A DNA stretch of 32,000 bases, from positions 330,001-362,000 of the forward strand of contig NZ_CP097762.1 in assembly GCF_023585745.1 (NCBI RefSeq), written 5' to 3'. Origin of the DNA: Candidatus Saccharimonadota bacterium (GTDB taxonomy: Bacteria > Pseudomonadota > Gammaproteobacteria > Enterobacterales > Enterobacteriaceae). Shown here in pieces: positions 19,635 to 30,605 of this stretch. The notes beneath the pieces are model-generated. The model saw nothing but the letters and a program-made list of their open reading frames with translations, was not told where the DNA came from and did not search any database. How positions within the stretch are numbered: the stretch's first letter is position 1; each line of letters opens with the position of its first letter. Position numbers and translations under genes: made by a program.

Positions 19635-20402
19635 CTAACTTATAATAAATTTATTTATTTTATCTAATAAATAACTCGGATTATCTCGATGCACCCAATG
19701 CTTTGCGTTAGGTACAGTACAAATTTGCGCTTTAGGAAACTGACGATAAATATATTTTATATCGCAATCTTTAATATATGTAGATAATGCACCCTTAATA
19801 AATAAAGCAGGACCTCGCCACAACTGATGTATATCCCAGTCACTAATATAGTGATAATTATCTCTGATAGAAAGAAAATTAAACCGCCAAAATCCCTGAC
19901 AAAAATATTTTAATAAAAATAAAACCATATGTAAATCATACAGCTCTTTTTGCATGATATGCTGTGCATCAATTCTACTAATTACTCCAGATATATTGAC
20001 ACATTCAATCGCATGAAAAATATCATCATGCATATGATTATCATATTTAATGGGGGCGATATCAATAATAATAATCCTACTAACGCGACAAGGCGCTAGA
20101 AGTGATAATTGCATCGCAACTTTTCCGCCCATAGAAAAACCAATTACTATACACTTCCTAATTGACAATTTATCTAATAATTTTATAACATCTTCAACCA
20201 TCACAGAATAACTCATACTCCACTCATGCGGGGAACGCCCATGATTACGCATATCAATTTGCACAACATAATATAATTGTGCTAAATTTTCGGCAATTAT
20301 ATTTAGATTGCTTAGATCTCCAAATAATCCATGAATCATCACTATGGGGTTACCTTGCGATATAGATGTAGGTATTCGCACTCTATAATTAAGCTGCATC
20401 AT
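19635..20402 (-). CDS. ybfF: Alpha/beta-hydrolase esterase YbfF
   Basis: The ORF is 255 aa (E. coli YbfF is 254 aa). Conserved blocks include PIVMIHGLFGDL.NL, VQIDMRNHG.SP, the nucleophile elbow GFSMGG and HWVH near the C-terminus. Its position after fldA matches E. coli. Confidence 0.9.
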   Translation of the reverse strand: MMQLNYRVRIPTSISQGNPIVMIHGLFGDLSNLNIIAENLAQLYYVVQIDMRNHGRSPHEWSMSYSVMVEDVIKLLDKLSIRKCIVIGFSMGGKVAMQLSLLAPCRVSRIIIIDIAPIKYDNHMHDDIFHAIECVNISGVISRIDAQHIMQKELYDLHMVLFLLKYFCQGFWRFNFLSIRDNYHYISDWDIHQLWRGPALFIKGALSTYIKDCDIKYIYRQFPKAQICTVPNAKHWVHRDNPSYLLDKINKFIIS

Positions 20403-20530
20403 TATCTATTATTAAAATATGATCATTTTATCTATCTAATCTATACAAGATTTTTAATTATGATATACCATATATTTTAGTAAAATATAATACTATTTAC
20501 TATTATTTAATACATTTAAACCAATATATA

Positions 20531-22192
20531 TATAAAAGCAACCCCTTTTCCAGAGAACGAAAATCTCCACACAATAACACTATTCATGCCAAATTGATGA
20601 CTCAATACTATATATTATCTCCTGAACCAGACAACACATCACACAAAGTACGATTTGGGACATCAGATCATAGAAATAGCTCTCAGTGGTATAGTTTTAA
20701 TAAAGCCCATATATTAACAATTAGCCAAATCAATCGTAAAAATACGTACACAACAAGGTATCAATGGACCATATTATATTGGAAAAGATGTATGCATATT
20801 CCTTATCCGAATCAGCTTTTATATCTGTACTTGAGGTGCTAACTGCAAATTCTATCAATGTTATTATACAAAATAATTACGGCTATACACCAACACCAAT
20901 TGTATCACATGCTATCACTCAATATAATAAAACTCATTATCACAACCACACAAAAAGCTAACGGTATTATTATTACATCATCGCATAATCCACCAGATTA
21001 TGATGGAATTAAATACAACACAATATCTGGATGGCTAGTTTCTCCAGCTATAACGCACGATATTGAACAAATTTCCAATAAATTTTTAATGAAAAACTAA
21101 GCACTGTGAAACGTATAACATTAAATAACACGCGAAGAACTGGCTATATACATACCCAAGACTTGTGTTTTAGGTTATATTGTTAAACTATCAAAAATTA
21201 TTAATATGCAATCTACACAAGGCGCTGGTTTAAAACTAGAGGTGCATCCTTTGAGTGGATCTGGTATAGAATACTGGCAAAATATAGATCAATATTTTAA
21301 ATTAGATCTAAATTTAATCAGTGATAAAATCGATAAAACTTTTCAAGTTTATTCATATTGATCACAATGGTTGTATTCGAATAGATTACGCCTCTAAAAT
21401 AGTAATTACTGGAGTATTATCATACAATAATAAATTTAATTCATTTTTAGTTAACGATCCAGATTGCGATAAATATCGTATTATCACTCCCGCAGGTTTT
21501 GTGAAACCCCATCATTACCTTATTACTGCCATGTATTATTTTTTCAAAAACCGCATACTATGGCATAGTAACACATTAGCTATGGAAACCACTTATGTTA
21601 CTAGCTCTGCGATACATCGCGCATCACGTTATTTTCATTATACACTATGAGAAATCCCATCGGGATTCAAATAGTTTTCTACAGGGTTTTATTTAATAGT
21701 AAATTAGGTTTCTTAGGTGAGGAAAACGCTGGGCATCTTTTTGGATTTAAATTGTTCTTTATGGGGCACTGATAAAAACGGGCGTATTATATATTTATAA
21801 GTAACAGAAATCATTGCTATTAATAATCAATCGTTAAATGAATATTACAAACAAATAATTAAAAATTTTAATATGTTTAGTAGCTATAATATAACTTAAA
21901 TATCAATTGACCATTCCCAAAAATCTCGTATTACCCAAGCTATATTTAAAAAATCTAATATAATTAAATTAACAAATGACTCTATTATAAATATAATAAA
22001 TCTGAACTCATCGCATCCAAATATCCCTATGGATGTAATAAAAAATTATCACTAAATGGTTGGATAGCTTGCAGACTATCAGGCACTGAACCAGTATATA
22101 AAATTTATTGTGAAAACTTTATAGATTCTTCTCATAAAAAAATTGCAACAGAAATCATAGAACTTATACAATATATAGTAAGCTACTCTTAA
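20531..22192 (+). pseudogene. pgm: Phosphoglucomutase pseudogene; near full length, with many frameshifts and in-frame stops
   Basis: Track ORFs 20594..20842, 20764..20961, 20858..21100 and 21321..21650, plus untracked pieces, together tile E. coli Pgm in order. The tiled blocks are TQYYILSPEP..VRFGTSDHR; [11 protein letters not shown]; [31 protein letters not shown]; [21 protein letters not shown]; VKRITLN..HTQDL; GAGLKLEVHPLSGSGIEYW..LDLNLISDKIDKTF; FIHIDHNGCIRIDYAS..NDPDCDKYRIITPAGF..HHYL; EIPSGFK*F (the W codon is now TAG); GFLGEENAG; WGTDKNGRII; NGWIACRLSGTEPVYKIYCENF...*. The frame changes at least seven times and there are several in-frame stops. The 5' limit is approximate, extrapolated from the alignment. 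The end is the TAA at 22190..22192. Confidence 0.9.
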
Positions 22193-22939
22193 CTACGTTA
22201 AAATATGCAAATAATAAACTTCCATATATTTAAAAACTATAATAATTATAGCATTTAACTTTGATGAATACTATTTGCATGCTACTATGATCAATACATT
22301 TTACATTTATGAGTTAAATCAAGATGATATCTTGACCATAAATAAACATTTATACAATTAAACTGTAATTCATTACAAAAAAATTAAAAATTTATGCAAA
22401 TAAATATTTTTATTACTAATGCGATATATGCGATGGTATGCATTAACTATTAATATTAAACAGTATGATACTGTCTTGTTAAGAAAATAAATTATTTTAA
22501 ATAAATAAAATTAAATTAAACATAAATCTTCTAGTCAAATAAAAAAATTTAAACATAAAAAATATAATTTCTATATTATGAGATTTATACTCTTTATTGC
22601 ACTAAAAAATTGAATTTATTTAAATATCAATTTTTTTCATAATATTTATCACTTAATAAATATTACATTTGATACAAAATTTAATTTTTAAAATTTTCAT
22701 GAAAAACTAGTATCTAAATATTTTTAAAGCACTATAAATTCTATTTAAAATACTCAAAATAATTAAGTCTACATTCTAATTTTATGATATTATTATATTG
22801 TTAATAATATACAATATATCGAATATCATTAGTAATTCGTTTCAACAATTTAAACGCCTTAAATAACATGTGCCAAAATACATATATATATCTTTAAAAT
22901 ATATAATACGAAATTTATTTAAAAACATAAAAATATTAT

Positions 22940-23344
22940 ATGATGAACAAAGATCATAATACGAGTAGGCCAATACATTTAAATTTAAACATAACACAGC
23001 TTCCCATATCAGCTATAGCTTCCATTTTTCACAGAATATCTGGATTCTTATTATTTATAGCTATTGGACCAATCTTATGGTTATTACAATTATCCTTATC
23101 GTCTCAAGATAATTTTTATAAAATACAAAAAATTTTTTTAGAAAATTTTTTTATCTTAAGAACTTTTATTTACAGTGTAATAATTACATTGATATATCAT
23201 ATATTTGCAGGGATACGTCAAATTTTAATAGATTTTGGATATTTACATCAAACATTATTTACCGGAATAATAAGTGCAAAAATCATATTCATACTAACTA
23301 TTTTAATATCAATAATAATCGGATTTTTAATATGGCATCCATAA
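22940..23344 (+). CDS. sdhC: Succinate dehydrogenase cytochrome b556 subunit
   Basis: The ORF is 134 aa with three TM segments. It aligns with E. coli SdhC (RP..L.L....PISAIASI.HR.SG; the heme-ligand His context YHIFAGIRQ versus YHVVVGIRH). Confidence 0.93.
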   Translation: MMNKDHNTSRPIHLNLNITQLPISAIASIFHRISGFLLFIAIGPILWLLQLSLSSQDNFYKIQKIFLENFFILRTFIYSVIITLIYHIFAGIRQILIDFGYLHQTLFTGIISAKIIFILTILISIIIGFLIWHP

Positions 23345-23682
23345 AAATATTCTTTAAATACCACGGAGTATATGAATGGTTAATAGTAAGATTTTCTGCG
23401 ATATTAACATTAGGATACATTTTATATTTATTATTTTTTATAGTATTCAGCAATGCCACACCATCTTATGATGACTGGTATGATTTTTTTAATACAAATA
23501 CTAATAAAATCATCAGTATTATTACTCTAATAGCCATATTAACTCATGCTGGAATAGGCGTCCATCATATACTAGAAGATTATATAAAATTATCTGTATT
23601 AAAATTATTAGGAATATGGACAATAAATTCTATATTATTTATATACCTATTATATGGAATAATTATAATTTGGAGCATATAA
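23332..23682 (+). CDS. sdhD: Succinate dehydrogenase hydrophobic membrane anchor subunit
   Basis: The ORF is 116 aa (E. coli SdhD is 115 aa). Matches include GVYEWLIVRFSAI versus GVHDFILVRATAI, and the heme-ligand context ILTHAGIGV. It overlaps sdhC by 13 nt. Its stop is directly followed by the sdhA ATG. Confidence 0.92.
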   Translation: MASIKIFFKYHGVYEWLIVRFSAILTLGYILYLLFFIVFSNATPSYDDWYDFFNTNTNKIISIITLIAILTHAGIGVHHILEDYIKLSVLKLLGIWTINSILFIYLLYGIIIIWSI

Positions 23683-25461
23683 ATGCACAACTTACCAATT
23701 AAAGAATTTTTTTCTATAGTCATAGGTGCTGGTGGCTCCGGAATGCAAGTTGCATTACAGATCTCTAAAATGGGTTTTTCTTGCGCCTTAATATCTAAAG
23801 TCTTCCCAACCCGTTCTCATACAGTATCAGCCCAAGGAGGCATAACAGTAGCCTTAGGCAATAAACATGAAGATAATTGGCAATGGCATATGTATGATAC
23901 TGTAAAAGGATCCGATTATATCGGCGATCAAAACGCAATAGAATATATGTGCAAAAATGGACCTAAAGCAGTGATAGATTTAGAACATATGGGATTACCA
24001 TTTTCTCGGTGTAAAGATGGCCGAATTTACCAGCGCCCATTTGGGGGACAAACTGTATACTATGGAAAATCACAAGCCGCACGCACCGCCGCTGCTGCTG
24101 ATAGAACCGGCCACGCATTATTACACACGTTATATCAACAAAATTTAAAAAATAAAACTACTATATTTTCAGAATGGTATGCATTAGATTTAGTAAAAAA
24201 TCAAGACGGTAGAATATTAGGTTGCACCGCATTTTCTATAGAAACTGGAGAATTAATATATTTTAAAGCTCGTGCAACAATTTTAGCAACCGGTGGAGGT
24301 GGACGTATTTATAAATCTACTACTAATGCTCATATAAATACCGGTGACGGTATCGGCATGGTAATACGTGCAGGAATCCCGGTGCAAGATATGGAAATGT
24401 GGCAATTTCATCCCACTGGGATAGCTGGTGTTGGAATTTTAGTAAGCGAAGGATGTCGTGGAGAAGGAGGGTATCTTATCAACTCCCTAGGAGAAAGATT
24501 CATGGAACGATACGCACCTAACGCAAAAGATCTAGCTGGCAGAGATGTAGTGGCACGCGCAATTATGTTAGAAATACAAGAAGGTCGCGGTTATTCAGAT
24601 GCATACGGCCCTCATGTTAAATTAAAAATAAACCATTTAGGAAAAAAATTATTAGCACTGCGATTGCCTGGAATACTAGAATTAGTAAATACTTTTGCAC
24701 ACATAAATCCTATAAAAGAATTAATTCCAGTTTTTCCTACTTGTCATTATATGATGGGAGGTATTCCAGCAACAATACACGGAGAAGTGCTAACAATAAA
24801 TGATAAAAATGAAGAAAAAATAGTGCCAGGTTTATTTGCGGTCGGAGAAACTGCGTGCATATCAGTGCACGGTGCTAATCGTCTCGGAGGTAACTCCTTA
24901 TTAGATTTAATAGTATTCGGTCGAGCTGCAGGGCAACATATACAAAAATATTTATCTGAAGAAGAATACCCAAGATGTAATCCTACTAATTCTGATATAG
25001 AAATTGCATTAACTCGATATATCCGTTGGAATACAATAAAATTAAATGAAAAAGAAAATCCAGTCAAAATACGTCAAGACTTACAAAAATGTATGCAAAA
25101 AAACTTCTCAGTATTCAGAGAAAAAAATAAAATGCTTAATGGATTAAAAGAACTAAAAGATATAAGAAACAGACTCGACCAAGCCAGTCTAGCAGATAAA
25201 TCTTATGCATTCAACACTCAACGCGTTGAATGTCTAGAAATCGATAATCTTTTAGAAACTGCCTACGCTACCGCTATGTCTGCTATATTTAGAACTGAAA
25301 GCAGAGGCGCGCATAGTCGCTATGATTTTCCTATGCGAGACGATAAAAATTGGTTATGTCACACTTTATATTTACCTAAAGATGATATTATGATTCGCCG
25401 ATCGGTAAATATGCAACCCAAATTTCGAGCATCCTTTCCTCCAAAAACTCGTATATATTAA
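23683..25461 (+). CDS. sdhA: Succinate dehydrogenase flavoprotein subunit
   Basis: The 592-aa ORF has the FAD fold IGAGGSGM, the covalent-FAD His context [15 protein letters not shown], the active-site block CHYMMGGIP and RTESRGAH. Confidence 0.98.
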   Translation: MHNLPIKEFFSIVIGAGGSGMQVALQISKMGFSCALISKVFPTRSHTVSAQGGITVALGNKHEDNWQWHMYDTVKGSDYIGDQNAIEYMCKNGPKAVIDLEHMGLPFSRCKDGRIYQRPFGGQTVYYGKSQAARTAAAADRTGHALLHTLYQQNLKNKTTIFSEWYALDLVKNQDGRILGCTAFSIETGELIYFKARATILATGGGGRIYKSTTNAHINTGDGIGMVIRAGIPVQDMEMWQFHPTGIAGVGILVSEGCRGEGGYLINSLGERFMERYAPNAKDLAGRDVVARAIMLEIQEGRGYSDAYGPHVKLKINHLGKKLLALRLPGILELVNTFAHINPIKELIPVFPTCHYMMGGIPATIHGEVLTINDKNEEKIVPGLFAVGETACISVHGANRLGGNSLLDLIVFGRAAGQHIQKYLSEEEYPRCNPTNSDIEIALTRYIRWNTIKLNEKENPVKIRQDLQKCMQKNFSVFREKNKMLNGLKELKDIRNRLDQASLADKSYAFNTQRVECLEIDNLLETAYATAMSAIFRTESRGAHSRYDFPMRDDKNWLCHTLYLPKDDIMIRRSVNMQPKFRASFPPKTRIY

Positions 25462-25482
25462 AAAACCACGGAATTTTAAAAA

Positions 25483-26232
25483 ATGCACATTAAATTATCT
25501 GTTTATCGTTTTCACCCAGAAATTAACAATAATTACTACATGCAGAATTACACACTTGATTTCACAAAAACACATAATTTTACCGTATTAGATGCACTAA
25601 TAAAATTAAAAACACAAGATCCTACTTTAACTTTTCGTCGTTCTTGCAGAGAAGGAGTATGTGGTTCTGATGGCATGAACATAAACGGAATTAATAAACT
25701 AGCATGCACTACCTCTTTAATAAAACTATATAAAGAAAATTATCCAAAACCTATTATAATTCGACCATTAACCGGATTTCCAGTTATTCGAGATTTAGTA
25801 GTAGATATGCGCCAATTTTATGAACAATATGAAAAAGTACAACCATTCTTAATAAATTTCCACCATAACCAATCATCACATGAAAATTTACAATCTCCGG
25901 AAGAACGATCCAAACTAGATGGATCTTATGAATGTATATTATGTGCATGTTGCTCTAGCGCTTGTCCTTCTGTATGGTGGCATCCAAGCAAATTTATTGG
26001 GCCTGCTGGCTTATTAACTTTATACCGTTTTTTAATGGATAGTCGTGATACTAATTATCAAAAAAGATTAGAATCTTTTAATGATTCTTTCAGTGTATTT
26101 CGCTGCCACAACATTATGAACTGCATTAATGTATGTCCTAAAAAATTAAACCCTGCTAAAGCTATAGGTCATATAAAACGTATGATAGCAAAAAATGCTA
26201 TGCGTATAAACAACAAAAAAAAATCATCATAA
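25483..26232 (+). CDS. sdhB: Succinate dehydrogenase iron-sulfur subunit
   Basis: The 249-aa ORF has all three Fe-S cysteine clusters (CREGVCGSDGMNINGINKLAC; CILCACCSSACPS; CHNIMNCINVCPK). It carries a roughly 11-aa Lys-rich C-terminal tail relative to E. coli, and the tail contains an A9 run. Confidence 0.97.
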   Translation: MHIKLSVYRFHPEINNNYYMQNYTLDFTKTHNFTVLDALIKLKTQDPTLTFRRSCREGVCGSDGMNINGINKLACTTSLIKLYKENYPKPIIIRPLTGFPVIRDLVVDMRQFYEQYEKVQPFLINFHHNQSSHENLQSPEERSKLDGSYECILCACCSSACPSVWWHPSKFIGPAGLLTLYRFLMDSRDTNYQKRLESFNDSFSVFRCHNIMNCINVCPKKLNPAKAIGHIKRMIAKNAMRINNKKKSS

Positions 26233-26384
26233 TCACAAAACATATAAGTATATTATCCTATTAACACACACTCATTATATTTTATAAAAATATACACAAA
26301 ATCTTCAATTTTTTTTAAAATACAACCTGTATTTCATCGTAACTATTACTTAAAATATTTAAAAATAAAAACAAGGATCTTGTC

Positions 26385-29261
26385 ATGCATAACATCACAT
26401 TACAAAACTGGTCAAATTCTTCATGTCTATCAAAAAACAACCAACTTTATATAGAAGAAATATACAAAATTTTTCTGCAAAATCCCAATTCTGTAGATCC
26501 CAGTTGGATAAAAATTTTTCAGTATTTATCTCTTGACAAAAAAATCGACAAAAAAAATGCAAAGCATTTAAACAATACAACATATCTCTCGTCAAAACAT
26601 GACGCTATCACTAATACACCTAACCAGACTTCTATAACATCCGATATATTTAACAATACTACCTATATACAACTATCACAATTAATCAATGCCTTTAGAA
26701 CGTATGGATATCAATATGCAATATTAGATCCTTTAAATTTACAAAACAAAACAACACATAATCCTCTTCTAGAATTAGAAAACTATAATTTCTCTTCAAA
26801 AAATTTCAAGAACAATATTGACATGACACCATTTGGTTTAAATAAAAAATCAATGAACATTATGGAAGTATACTCGTTGCTTAAAAAAATTTACTGCGGA
26901 TCAATAGGTATTGAATATATGCATATAATCAATCCAAAAATAATTTTGTGGCTTCAAAAAAAATTAGAATCCTCTACAACAGACTTAAATTTTAACGATG
27001 AAGAAAAAAAACAATTTCTTAAAGAAATAGCCGCAGCAGAAGGCCTGGAACGTTACCTGGGAACTAAATTTCCAGGAGTAAAAAGATTTTCATTAGAAGG
27101 AGGCGATGCTTTAATTCCTATGTTGAAAGAAACAATACGTCATTCAGTTCATCATCATGGAATTACAGAAATATTTATAGGCATGGCACATAGAGGTCGT
27201 TTAAATGTATTAATTAACATTTTAGGAAAAAACCCTAAGAACTTGTTCAATGAATTTTCTAATGCAAATAAAATAAGTAATAAAAGTGGTGATGTAAAAT
27301 ACCATCAAGGATTCTATTCAGATGTTACATTAAATGGTAACACTGTACATTTATCTTTATTATGTAACCCATCACATCTTGAAATTGTAAATCCAGTAGT
27401 AATGGGTACCGTCCGAGCACGTATTGACCAACTATCTATACAATCAAAAATTTATCACTGCGATATAACAACCAACAATACAATCCTTCCAATCTTAATT
27501 CATGGAGATGCCGCTATTAGTGCTCAAGGAATAGTACAAGAAACTTTTAATTTATCTAAAACCCGAGCATACAGTGTCGGGGGTACAGTACATATTATTA
27601 TTAATAATCAAATCGGTTTTACTACCTCAAACATACGGGATATGCGCTCTACACAACATTGTACTGATATAGCAAAAATGATACAAGCCCCTATATTTCA
27701 TGTAAATGCAGATGATATAGAATCAGTAATATACATTACGCGTATTGCATTAAATTTTCGAAATGAGTTTAAACATGACGTAGTAATTGATCTAATATGT
27801 TATCGCAGACATGGACATAATGAAGCAGACGAACCCAGCGTCACTCAACCTATAATGTATAAAAAAATTCGAAACCACCCGACATTAATTAATATATATT
27901 CCAATGCTTTAAAAAAGCAAAAAATAATTAATCAAGACGACAATATTAAATTAATAAAATCATACCGAGAAATACTAGAAAAAAAACAATGCGTATTGCA
28001 AAAATGGCAACCAATTCGCACGAATACTACATTAAATACAAATAACTTAATAAATAACGAAGATATAAAACCATCTAAACACATAACTCAACAATATTTA
28101 AAAAATTTAGCTTACCATATCAGTAATATTCCGGCAGAAATTAACATGCATTCCAGGGTAAAAAAAATTTTTTTTGATAGAACAGAAATGGCAAAAGGCA
28201 AAAAACTATTCGATTGGGGAGCCGCAGAAATCCTAGCATACGCAACACTGTTAGATCAAGGAATTTCTATTCGTTTATCTGGAGAAGATGTTGCCCGGGG
28301 TACTTTTTTTCATAGACATGCTATAATATATGATCAAAATAGTGGTGAAAAATATATTCCCCTAGAACATAGAGGCAAACCTTTAGCGCATAATAAACAA
28401 GGACATTTTTTTATATGGGATTCCGTGTTATCTGAAGAAGCAGCGTTAGCCTTCGAATACGGATACGCTAATACAGCAAAAAACATGCTAATAATTTGGG
28501 AAGCACAATTCGGAGACTTCTCTAATGGAGCGCAAGTTGTTATTGATCAATTTATTAGTGCTAGTGAACAAAAATGGGGACAATTATGTGGTTTAGTAAT
28601 GCTCTTACCGCACGGATATGAAGGCCAAGGACCAGAACATTCCTCAGCACGTATAGAAAGGTATCTACAGTTGTGTTCTGAAAACAATATGCAAATCTGT
28701 ATACCTTCAACACCAGGTCAAATTTATCATAAATTACGCTATCAAGGAACATGCGCGATTAAAAAACCTCTAATTATTATCTCTCCAAAATCTTTGCTCA
28801 GACATCCTATGGTTAATACGTCATTAGAAAACTTATCCCATGGATCATTCCAAACTATATTTGGTGAAATAGATAAAAATATACTGATAAATAAAACTAA
28901 CCGTGTCATTATATGTTCTGGAAAAGTATTTTATGACCTACTGGAGCAACGTCGTAAAAATCAACAACATGATATAGCCATTATTCGTATTGAACAACTG
29001 TATCCATTTCCACAATTGCATTTAGAAACCATTCTGAATTCCTATTATGCGCATACAGAAGATTTCGTCTGGTGTCAAGAAGAACCAAAAAATCAAGGCG
29101 CTTGGTATTATATGCAGAACCATATACAGAACATAATGCCCTCAAATATTACATTAAAATATATAGGACGTCCTGATGCGGCTGCCCCTGCAACAGGATA
29201 TTTATCAACACATCAAACACAACAAAAAAAATTAATTAATGATGCATTGCATACAAATTAA
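26385..29261 (+). CDS. sucA: 2-oxoglutarate dehydrogenase E1 component
   Basis: The 958-aa ORF is colinear with E. coli SucA ([31 protein letters not shown]; IHGDAA; [14 protein letters not shown]; [24 protein letters not shown]; WCQEEP.NQGAWY). An AAGGA lies 7 nt upstream of the ATG. Confidence 0.98.
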   Translation: MHNITLQNWSNSSCLSKNNQLYIEEIYKIFLQNPNSVDPSWIKIFQYLSLDKKIDKKNAKHLNNTTYLSSKHDAITNTPNQTSITSDIFNNTTYIQLSQLINAFRTYGYQYAILDPLNLQNKTTHNPLLELENYNFSSKNFKNNIDMTPFGLNKKSMNIMEVYSLLKKIYCGSIGIEYMHIINPKIILWLQKKLESSTTDLNFNDEEKKQFLKEIAAAEGLERYLGTKFPGVKRFSLEGGDALIPMLKETIRHSVHHHGITEIFIGMAHRGRLNVLINILGKNPKNLFNEFSNANKISNKSGDVKYHQGFYSDVTLNGNTVHLSLLCNPSHLEIVNPVVMGTVRARIDQLSIQSKIYHCDITTNNTILPILIHGDAAISAQGIVQETFNLSKTRAYSVGGTVHIIINNQIGFTTSNIRDMRSTQHCTDIAKMIQAPIFHVNADDIESVIYITRIALNFRNEFKHDVVIDLICYRRHGHNEADEPSVTQPIMYKKIRNHPTLINIYSNALKKQKIINQDDNIKLIKSYREILEKKQCVLQKWQPIRTNTTLNTNNLINNEDIKPSKHITQQYLKNLAYHISNIPAEINMHSRVKKIFFDRTEMAKGKKLFDWGAAEILAYATLLDQGISIRLSGEDVARGTFFHRHAIIYDQNSGEKYIPLEHRGKPLAHNKQGHFFIWDSVLSEEAALAFEYGYANTAKNMLIIWEAQFGDFSNGAQVVIDQFISASEQKWGQLCGLVMLLPHGYEGQGPEHSSARIERYLQLCSENNMQICIPSTPGQIYHKLRYQGTCAIKKPLIIISPKSLLRHPMVNTSLENLSHGSFQTIFGEIDKNILINKTNRVIICSGKVFYDLLEQRRKNQQHDIAIIRIEQLYPFPQLHLETILNSYYAHTEDFVWCQEEPKNQGAWYYMQNHIQNIMPSNITLKYIGRPDAAAPATGYLSTHQTQQKKLINDALHTN

Positions 29262-29284
29262 TTCTTTACACGAAAGGATATAAT

Positions 29285-30550
29285 ATGAGTAGTAGTGTAG
29301 ATATTTTAGTACCAAATTTACCAGAATCAGTTACAGATGCTACTGTAGCTGTTTGGCATAAAAAATCAGGAGATAATATTCAACAAGATGATATCTTGCT
29401 AGAAATAGAAACAGATAAAATAATGTTAGAAGTGCCTGCTCCTAATACAGGAGTGCTAATATCTATTTTAGCTCCAGAGGGATCTATAGTAATATCTGGA
29501 CAAATTTTAGGAAAAATAGAACTAACCTATGATATTCCTGCTGAAAAAGATAATGCACACACCATATCAAAACATCAACAAGCATCTTTCATGTCAATTG
29601 CATCTAAAAATATCTTTACTACTAATCAAGATAATGAATTTCATAATGTTTGTTCCCCATCTGTTCGCAAATTAATAGCGGAACATGACTTAAAAAACAT
29701 AAATATTCAAGGTAGCGGCACAAAAGGACGCATAACACATAAAGATGTAGAAGCACATATCATCCCCCCTAAACAAACTCTACAAGAAAGCACTCAAAAA
29801 ACATTTGAAAACATACAAACTAATACAAAAATACAAAAATCTTGCGATAATCGTACTACTACACGAGTCACAATGAACCGATTACGACAAAAAATTGCAG
29901 AACGACTTGTCGCTGTCACTAATAATACAGCCATGTTAACCACATTTAATGAAGTTAACATGCAACCTATAATAACTATCAAAAATAAATATAAAGAACT
30001 ATTTCAAAAAAATTATGGGATTAAACTAGGATTTATGTCTTTTTATGTGAAAGCAGTATTAGAAGGTTTACGGAATTTTCCTGAAATTAATGCCTCCATA
30101 GATGGAGAAGAAATAGTATACTATAATTATTTTGATATAAATATTGCAGTTTCTACCCCTAGAGGATTAATAACACCAGTATTAAGAAACGTAGATACAC
30201 TAAGTATCGCAGATATTGAAAAAGATATAAAATCTTTAGCAGAAAAAGGAAGAAATGGCAAGTTAACACTCGAAGAGTTAAGTGGAGGTAATTTTACTAT
30301 TACTAACGGAGGAGTTTTTGGATCATTAATATCTACTCCTATTATTAATCCACCCCAAAGTGCTATTCTTGGAATGCATGCGATCAAAGATAGACCCGTA
30401 TCATCAAACGGACAAGTAGTAGTGTTACCCATGATGTATTTGGCGTTATCATATGATCACAGATTAATAGATGGAAAAGATTCAGTAAGATTTTTAGTAT
30501 ACATTAAAGAGTTATTAGAAGATCCAATACGTTTATTATTAAAAATTTAA
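29285..30550 (+). CDS. sucB: 2-oxoglutarate dehydrogenase E2 (dihydrolipoyllysine succinyltransferase)
   Basis: The 421-aa ORF has a single lipoyl domain with [10 protein letters not shown], an E3-binding segment ([11 protein letters not shown]) and a catalytic domain with SYDHRLIDG. An AAGGA Shine-Dalgarno sequence lies upstream. Confidence 0.97.
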   Translation: MSSSVDILVPNLPESVTDATVAVWHKKSGDNIQQDDILLEIETDKIMLEVPAPNTGVLISILAPEGSIVISGQILGKIELTYDIPAEKDNAHTISKHQQASFMSIASKNIFTTNQDNEFHNVCSPSVRKLIAEHDLKNINIQGSGTKGRITHKDVEAHIIPPKQTLQESTQKTFENIQTNTKIQKSCDNRTTTRVTMNRLRQKIAERLVAVTNNTAMLTTFNEVNMQPIITIKNKYKELFQKNYGIKLGFMSFYVKAVLEGLRNFPEINASIDGEEIVYYNYFDINIAVSTPRGLITPVLRNVDTLSIADIEKDIKSLAEKGRNGKLTLEELSGGNFTITNGGVFGSLISTPIINPPQSAILGMHAIKDRPVSSNGQVVVLPMMYLALSYDHRLIDGKDSVRFLVYIKELLEDPIRLLLKI

Positions 30551-30605
30551 TATAACACCAAATAAATATCACATGATAAAATCACAATAAATACGGTCGT
30601 ATATT

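Noticed and set aside
20594-21650. Track ORFs 20594..20842, 20764..20961, 20858..21100 and 21321..21650 treated as four separate small genes.
   Set aside because: They overlap one another in different frames. Taken in order, they align to consecutive segments of a single protein, phosphoglucomutase. They are fragments of one pseudogene and not independent genes.
24747-25067. Minus-strand ORF of 106 aa inside sdhA, and similarly 12884..13072 inside ubiF.
   Set aside because: These lie antisense to well-conserved coding sequence. I see no upstream ribosome-binding signal and no homology, so they are shadow ORFs.
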